This document shows, piece by piece, positions 58,574 to 64,000 of a DNA stretch of 64,000 bases. Source of the DNA: Longimicrobiales bacterium (GTDB taxonomy: Bacteria; Gemmatimonadota; Gemmatimonadetes; Longimicrobiales; Gaopeijiaceae); the NCBI GenBank assembly GCA_965208255.1, contig OZ242324.1:970016-1034015 (forward strand). Reading direction: 5' to 3'. The notes under the pieces are model-generated. The model saw only the letters and a list, made by a program, of their open reading frames with translations, was not told where the DNA came from and made no database searches. The number at the start of each line of letters is the position of its first letter. The stretch's first letter is position 1. A program made the position numbers and the translations under genes.

Positions 58574-60847
58574 GTGACATCCCGCGTCGAAGTCGCGCTG
58601 CCGCTGCCCGTCGACCAGACCTTCACCTACGCCCTGGATCCGGACCGGCCGCGGCCCGCCCCGGGAACCCGCGTACTGGTGCCCTTCCACAGGGCGAAGC
58701 GGGTCGGATGGGTGGTGGGCCCGGGGCGCCCCGGCTCCGAAGCGCTGCGCCTGCGCCGCATCTCCAGGATCCTCGAAGAAGAGCCGTCGCTGCCGCCGAA
58801 GCTCTTGGAACTCGCCCGCTGGATGGCCGCGTATTACATCGCTCCGCTGGGGCTCGTCTTGCGCGCGGCGCTCCCCACGGTGCTCTCCGGGACGGGCCAG
58901 GGACCGGGGACGATGGCGCGCACCCGCAAGGTCGCGCACATCGCGCGCTGGCTCGAATCCCTCGCCGAACGGGACGCCGCCTTCGCGCGCGCACCGCGCC
59001 AGCAGGCCGCCTACGAAGCCCTGGAGCGGGCCGCCGGATCGATACCGCTGGCTTCGCTTGTGGACCAGGGCTTCAGCCGGGGTGTGGTGAAGGCCCTGGA
59101 AGGGAAGGGCATCGTCGAGGTTCGGGACCAGGAGGTCGTGCGCGATCCGTTTGCCTCGACCGCAACGGAGCCGCCTCCCGACCTTACGCCCAATCCCGCA
59201 CAGGCCGCCGCGATCGAGCGGCTCGTCACCGGGCTGGACGCACCCGCGCCGCGGCCCGTCCTGCTCCACGGCGTCACCGCGTCCGGCAAGACGCTCGTCT
59301 ACATCGAGCTCCTGAAGGAGGTCGTGGAAGCGCGCGGCCGGTCGGCGATCGTGCTGGTGCCGGAGATCTCGCTCACGCCCCAGACCGTCACCCGGTTCCG
59401 CGCGCACTTCGGCGACCGCGTCGCCGTGCTTCATTCCGGCCTCTCCGACGGAGAGCGCTTCGACGCCTGGAGGCAGCTGCGCTCCGGGGCCCGGCGCATC
59501 GCGATCGGCGCCCGCTCCGCCATCTTTGCGCCCCTCCCCGATCTGGGCGCCATCATCGTGGACGAGGAGCACGAAGCCAGCTACAAGCAGTCCGACGCCC
59601 CCAGATATCATGCCCGCGACGTGGCCGTCATGCGGGCCCGCCGGGAGGGCGCGCTCTGCCTCCTGGGCAGCGCGACCCCGTCGCTCGAAAGCTGGTCGAA
59701 CCAGGCCGGCGGCAAGTTCGAGCTGCTGCGACTCCCCGAGCGGGCCACCGGAGGCTCCCTTCCTCCCGTGCGCGTCGTGGATCTGCGCGAACCCTCGTCG
59801 GCCGCCGCGAGCCCGCGCAACGGCGGCTCTCCCGCGCGCCCCTCGGCCACCGGCCGCATCGTGCTCTCGCCCGAGCTGACGGGCGCCATCCGCACTCGCG
59901 TGGAACGCGGCGAACAGTCGATTCTGCTGCTCAACCGCCGCGGGTACTCGACCTTCTTCCAGTGCCGGGAATGCGGGGAGGTGCCGGTGTGCGCGGCCTG
60001 CTCGGTATCGCTCACCTACCACCGCGCCACCGGGCGGCTGCTCTGCCACCACTGCCGCTACGAGGAGCCCGTGCCCGACAGCTGCCGCCGCTGCGAGTCC
60101 GGCGCGCTCTCGCGGCGGGGTCTCGGCACCGAACAGGTGGAGCGCGTGGTCGCGGAGTCCTTCCCCGGGGCGCGGGTGGCGCGCATGGACGTCGACACGA
60201 CCGCCCGCAAGTGGGCGCACAGCGAGATCCTCGGGCGTGTGGGCCGAGGGGAGGTCGACATCCTGCTGGGCACCCAGATGATCGCCAAGGGGCTCGATTT
60301 TCCGCGCGTCACGCTGGTCGGCGTGGTGGATGCCGATGTCGGGCTGCATCTGCCGGATTTCCGCGCCAGCGAGCGGACCTTCCAGCTGCTCAGTCAGGTC
60401 GCGGGCAGGGCGGGGCGGGGCACTCTGGGCGGCGAAGTCCTGATCCAGACCCGCATGCCCGCGCACTACGCCGTCCGCGCGGCGTGCGAACACGACTACG
60501 TGGGGTTCGCCGAGCGCGAGCTGACCGAGCGGGCGGGTCCCGGCTATCCTCCACACGCGCGCCTGGTCAACGTGGTCGTAACCAGCCCCGACCCGGAAAC
60601 CGCCGCGACCGCTGCGGAGGAGGCGGCCACCTGGGCCGAGCGCCGCCTGCGCGGCACGCCGGTCGAGCTGACCGGCCCGGCTCCTGCGCCCATCGAGCGG
60701 CTGAAGGAGCGGTGGCGCTGGCACTTCCTCCTGCGCAGCCGCTCCGCGCGCGCCCTGGGAACGCTCACGCGCGCCTTCTCGACGGAGTTCCGGCCGCCCT
60801 CCGACGCACGGGTTCTGATCGACCGGGATCCCGTGGCGTTGCTGTAG
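58574..60847 (+). CDS. priA: Primosomal protein N' (PriA helicase)
   Basis: Contains 'LLHGVTASGKTLVY', 'IIVDEEHEASYKQ', Cys-rich 'CRECGEVPVCAACSVSLTYH....LLCHHCRY...P..CRRC' and 'GTQMIAKGLDFP'. Confidence 0.9.
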   Translation: MTSRVEVALPLPVDQTFTYALDPDRPRPAPGTRVLVPFHRAKRVGWVVGPGRPGSEALRLRRISRILEEEPSLPPKLLELARWMAAYYIAPLGLVLRAALPTVLSGTGQGPGTMARTRKVAHIARWLESLAERDAAFARAPRQQAAYEALERAAGSIPLASLVDQGFSRGVVKALEGKGIVEVRDQEVVRDPFASTATEPPPDLTPNPAQAAAIERLVTGLDAPAPRPVLLHGVTASGKTLVYIELLKEVVEARGRSAIVLVPEISLTPQTVTRFRAHFGDRVAVLHSGLSDGERFDAWRQLRSGARRIAIGARSAIFAPLPDLGAIIVDEEHEASYKQSDAPRYHARDVAVMRARREGALCLLGSATPSLESWSNQAGGKFELLRLPERATGGSLPPVRVVDLREPSSAAASPRNGGSPARPSATGRIVLSPELTGAIRTRVERGEQSILLLNRRGYSTFFQCRECGEVPVCAACSVSLTYHRATGRLLCHHCRYEEPVPDSCRRCESGALSRRGLGTEQVERVVAESFPGARVARMDVDTTARKWAHSEILGRVGRGEVDILLGTQMIAKGLDFPRVTLVGVVDADVGLHLPDFRASERTFQLLSQVAGRAGRGTLGGEVLIQTRMPAHYAVRAACEHDYVGFAERELTERAGPGYPPHARLVNVVVTSPDPETAATAAEEAATWAERRLRGTPVELTGPAPAPIERLKERWRWHFLLRSRSARALGTLTRAFSTEFRPPSDARVLIDRDPVALL

Positions 60848-61065
60848 GCGGCGCTCGGCCGGCGATGCCGGGGGAGGCTGGTCCGGCGCCACCGGGCACG
60901 GTTGCTCCGCTCCCTGATCCCCGGTAGTTTGCGGCGCTGATCGGTCTGGCCGGCGGATGGGCCGTCATCGGCCGCCCACGCGGTCAGGCCACCGGCCGAG
61001 TCCCGGGAAGCGCCGGAGCCGGCCCGGCAACAGTCAGGGAAGGTCCCGCAAAACCGGATTTCGCG

Positions 61066-61641
61066 ATGAACTGCCTCGCGCTGAACGCCTCCTACGAGCC
61101 GCTGACCATCGTCCCGGCCCGTCGCGCGGTGCGCCTGGTGCTGGACTCGAAGGCGGAGATTCTGGAAGCGGAGGAAGCGCGCGCGTTCCGCTCGGAGCAC
61201 CGCAACATCCCGTTTCCCGCGGTCATTCGGCTCGTGCGCTACGTGCACGTGCCACGGCGCTTCCGCCGGCAGGTCACCAACACCTTCATGTTCGCGCGCG
61301 ACGACTACTGCTGTCAGTACTGCGGCCGCCACCGCGATCAGCTGCGGGCGCGCGAGTTCCTGACCCGCGACCATGTCCTGCCGATCTCCCGGGGAGGGAG
61401 CAACCACTGGGCCAACGTCGTTTCGGCGTGTTCGCCCTGCAACAACCGCAAGGGCAACCACACACCCGCGGAGGCGGGCATGCGCCTCCTCTCCATACCC
61501 GCCGAACCCAACCACGTCCACCTCGTGTGGGCGGTGCGCAGCGTCACCCCGGTGCAGGCCAAGTACGTGCGCATGTTCTACGGAGACGAAGTCCTCAAGG
61601 CGCTCTCGCTGTCGAGTGTGTCGCCGGCCCGCGACGAGTGA
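61066..61641 (+). CDS. HNH endonuclease-family protein
   Basis: Contains 'CQYCGR....LTRDHVLPISRGGSNHWANVVSACSPCNNRKGN'. Confidence 0.85.
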   Translation: MNCLALNASYEPLTIVPARRAVRLVLDSKAEILEAEEARAFRSEHRNIPFPAVIRLVRYVHVPRRFRRQVTNTFMFARDDYCCQYCGRHRDQLRAREFLTRDHVLPISRGGSNHWANVVSACSPCNNRKGNHTPAEAGMRLLSIPAEPNHVHLVWAVRSVTPVQAKYVRMFYGDEVLKALSLSSVSPARDE

Positions 61642-62264
61642 AGCCGCCGTCGCCGCCGGAGGATCCCGATCGGGACGAGCCGGACCGCCGCCCCCCGCCG
61701 CCCCCGTCCGCCCGCCCCCCGTCCGCCCGCCCCCCACCCCCGCCGCCCGGCGGGCCCGTGTCCCCACCGGCCCCCGGCTCGCGCCGGCGGCAGGAGCGCC
61801 CCCGGGCCCCCGGGCCCGCATCACCCCCGCCGCCCGCGTCCGCATCCCCACCTCCGCCGGCTCGCCTCAAGGCAGCCCGCCCCGCGCCTCGACCTCCCGC
61901 CCCTGCGGCCGACCCGGCAACCGGCCGTGACGAGAGCCCCGACAAGGCAACCCTCTCCACTCCGGCGGCATCCACCGAGTGGGGCTTCACCGATGCCGCG
62001 GGCACAGCCTGGATCGCGCGGGTGGCCGGCATCGCGCGAAGCGGGGGCATCGAGGATTCCGGCGCCGCGCTCCTTCTGGTTCGGTTCTTTCGCTCCGGGG
62101 AGGAATCGGAGGAGCCGCGCGGCGAGCTGGTGACGGTCGCCCGGGATCTCGGGGCACTCTACCCCGTCGAGTGGCAGGCGCTGCTGGCGGAGGCCACCCG
62201 GAAGCGTTCCCGGCCGGCCAGGAGCGGCCGGAAACGCCGCGGCCGGCGCCGGCCGCGGCGCTAG
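61638..62264 (+). CDS. Hypothetical Pro-rich protein with a small C-terminal domain and an Arg-rich tail; a GTG start is inferred
   Basis: GTG 61638 overlaps the HNH TGA. Contains 'PPSARPPSARPPPPPP', then 'WGFTDAAGTAWIARVAGIARSGG...LLLVRFF', then 'RKRRGRRRPRR'. The high-GC frame could also be spurious. Confidence 0.35.
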   Translation: MKPPSPPEDPDRDEPDRRPPPPPSARPPSARPPPPPPGGPVSPPAPGSRRRQERPRAPGPASPPPPASASPPPPARLKAARPAPRPPAPAADPATGRDESPDKATLSTPAASTEWGFTDAAGTAWIARVAGIARSGGIEDSGAALLLVRFFRSGEESEEPRGELVTVARDLGALYPVEWQALLAEATRKRSRPARSGRKRRGRRRPRR

Positions 62265-62319
62265 CCACATTCAACAACGTTCGATGTCCACGTGTCATTC
62301 ACGTTGAGGCGACGATCAA

Positions 62320-62850
62320 TTGGACGACGCCACGCTGGTTGAACTGGCCCTGATGGGAGACGGGGAGGCCTTCGGGCAACTCGTAACCCGGTATTCCAGG
62401 GCGGCATACCTGGTGGCGCTCTCCGTGATCGGAAGACCGCAGGACGCGGAGGACGCGGCCCAGGAAGCCTTCCTGGTCGCGCTCGAGCGTCTCGACGATT
62501 GTCGCAGCCCCGGCAAGTTCGGAGGCTGGCTGATGACGATCGTTCGAAACCGGTCGAACAACCTCGTACGCCGGGAGGCGTTGCGGGCGACGGACCCGAT
62601 TCCGTTCAGCGCCCGCTCCAGCACCCCGACGCCGGAGAAGGAAGCGCAGTTGTCGGAGTTGCGCGACGAGCTCGCCCGCGCACTCGGGGAATTGCCGGAC
62701 GTTCAGAGAGAGATCGTGCTGCTGCACGACCTGGAGGGATGGAAGCACAGAGAGATTGCACAGCGACTCGGGCTCCCCGCGGGGACGGTGCGTTCGCATC
62801 TGCACTACGCTCGCAAGGCGTTGCGCAAGCTCCTGCGGCCGGGCGGATAG
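62320..62850 (+). CDS. ECF-type RNA polymerase sigma factor
   Basis: Region 2: 'AEDAAQEAFLVALERL...GWLMTIVRNRSNNLVRR'. Region 4: 'REIVLLHDLEGWKHREIAQRLGLPAGTVRSHLHYARKAL'. Confidence 0.9.
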   Translation: MDDATLVELALMGDGEAFGQLVTRYSRAAYLVALSVIGRPQDAEDAAQEAFLVALERLDDCRSPGKFGGWLMTIVRNRSNNLVRREALRATDPIPFSARSSTPTPEKEAQLSELRDELARALGELPDVQREIVLLHDLEGWKHREIAQRLGLPAGTVRSHLHYARKALRKLLRPGG

Positions 62851-62898
62851 CTGGAGGGACAACAACTACATGAAGACCGAGACGGAAGAAACAGACAC

Positions 62899-63300
62899 AT
62901 GAACAACCGAGCAAAAACAGGCGGGGACGGCGACATGGTCGACAACGGCGGAATCCCCCTCGCACTACTCGATCCCGGGCACTCGGATCCCGGCCACTGG
63001 GCCCGATTCCAGGCCCGCGTGATGGCCTTGGCGGGTCCGGAACTGGCCAGGCGGCGCGCGACGCGCCCGCTGACGGTGGGCGACGTGCTGGCGTCGTGGT
63101 GGAGGCTGCTGGTGCCGGCGTCGGTGGTGGCGGCCGCGGCGATGGCCTCTCTGCTGATGCCTGCCGAGACCATGCCCGGAGCCGAAATCGCCATTGAGGA
63201 AGCCCTGGTGTCCGGGTTCGATGATGAACCGTTGCCGGCGGTGCTCGTTGCCGATCAGGTGGACGAAGTGGCGTTCCTGGTCGCGATCGAGGGAGGTTGA
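62899..63300 (+). CDS. Hypothetical single-pass membrane protein; possible anti-sigma factor by position
   Basis: It immediately follows the ECF sigma gene and has one TM helix, 'WWRLLVPASVVAAAAMASLL'. No zinc-binding anti-sigma motif was seen. Confidence 0.35.
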   Translation: MNNRAKTGGDGDMVDNGGIPLALLDPGHSDPGHWARFQARVMALAGPELARRRATRPLTVGDVLASWWRLLVPASVVAAAAMASLLMPAETMPGAEIAIEEALVSGFDDEPLPAVLVADQVDEVAFLVAIEGG

Positions 63301-63302
63301 CG

Positions 63303-63857
63303 ATGACCGCACGAAATACCCGGGCAGCAGCCGGCGGCGTGCTGTTTGTGACCCTGGTGGCCGGGTTCCTTCTGGGAATGGTGTGGTCGAGGACATCGCC
63401 GGCCCAGGCTGAACCCACTGCGCCCACGGCCGTGGCGGCGGAGGAGGCGGATGAGGACCGGGGAGGGGAGACCCGCCGTCGCGGCCTGATCGTGGAGCGC
63501 GTGGGACTGAGCGTCGAGCAGCAGGTTCAGGTGGATTCGCTGGTGGGCCACTCGCGCACGCTCATGCGGCAGTTGCGAACGGACTACCGGACGGGGTACG
63601 GGGAGTTGATCGAGTCAACGCGCTCCTCCATCAAGGCTGTGCTCACCCCGGAGCAGGCTGCCGACTACGATGCCCTTCTGACGGATTTCGACCGCCGCCG
63701 GGAGATGGAGGACGAACGGGAAGGAGAGAGATCGCGGTCCGAAGCCCGCGACGGCGAGCGTGACCGCAGGCAGAGCGACCAGGAGCGTCCCCAGCGAGAC
63801 AGCGGGGACGGGGACGGGAGAGAACGGGACAGGGGGCAATGGTCACAGCACGTATGA
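63303..63857 (+). CDS. Periplasmic CpxP/Spy-like (LTxxQ motif) protein with an Arg/Asp/Glu-rich tail
   Basis: Signal anchor 'VLFVTLVAGFLLGMVW'. Contains 'GLSVEQQVQV' and 'VLTPEQAADYDALL'. Tail 'EDEREGERSRSEARDGERDRRQSDQERPQRD'. A GGGAGG lies 6 nt before the ATG at 63303. Confidence 0.45.
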   Translation: MTARNTRAAAGGVLFVTLVAGFLLGMVWSRTSPAQAEPTAPTAVAAEEADEDRGGETRRRGLIVERVGLSVEQQVQVDSLVGHSRTLMRQLRTDYRTGYGELIESTRSSIKAVLTPEQAADYDALLTDFDRRREMEDEREGERSRSEARDGERDRRQSDQERPQRDSGDGDGRERDRGQWSQHV

Positions 63858-64000
63858 AATTCGCCCGGCGCATCGCCGGACTTCCGATCGCCCTGCTCGG
63901 GCTGACGGGGGCGCTCTCCGCGCAGCAGCCCCTCACCCTGGACGAGGCGGTCGCGAGGTCGCTGCAGGTCCACCCGGCCATGGCGCAGGCGCGCGCCGGC
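63854..64000 (+). CDS. TolC-family outer-membrane efflux protein, 5' partial (runs off the window)
   Basis: 'MKFARRIAGLPIALLGLTGALSAQQPLTLDEAVARSLQVHPAMAQAR' is a typical signal peptide plus the first TolC helix motif. Confidence 0.55.
   Translation, partial: MKFARRIAGLPIALLGLTGALSAQQPLTLDEAVARSLQVHPAMAQARAG

Noticed and set aside
62265-62319. Possible autoregulated ECF promoter upstream of the sigma gene
   Set aside because: No convincing GGAAC-type -35 with a CGT-type -10 at 16-17 nt spacing was found. The segment is too short to call.

Overview
A 64-kb, visibly very GC-rich bacterial chromosomal segment. G+C was not computed and the lineage cannot be assigned from the sequence alone. Most of it is densely packed housekeeping DNA with many 4-nt start/stop overlaps: prs-rplY-pth, hppA, an M20 peptidase, an rpsF/rpsR-DUF2232-rplI-rsfS-(unknown)-smc string, a type I-beta DAHP synthase, glyQS, an NSS transporter, nth, carB, a deacetylase, an M24 peptidase, priA, and an ECF-sigma envelope module ending in a partial TolC-like gene. 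Accessory or unusual content: (1) an intact IS21-family element (istA/istB, 1145-3268); (2) ribosomal proteins S6 and S18 encoded in one uninterrupted frame; (3) an archaeal-style herA / mre11-rad50-nurA end-resection cluster preceded by an AT-rich inverted repeat and followed by a vapBC module; (4) a tight three-gene operon of unknown function (zinc-ribbon membrane protein, HTTM-like membrane protein with a GADAGRH repeat insertion, AsnB-type amidotransferase); (5) a lower-GC patch (38.9-42.1 kb) holding a frameshifted HEAT-like gene and a decayed type I R-M locus. In that locus only a RhuM-Fic gene is intact, and two rhuM copies share a palindrome with a compensatory synonymous change; (6) a 40-codon MetS-like small membrane ORF, absent from the ORF track, overlapping the carB start. 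No rRNA, tRNA or CRISPR array was seen by eye. Many long ORFs in the track are off-frame or antisense artefacts of high G+C and were rejected. All functional calls rest on motif recognition in the translations; no database search was run.
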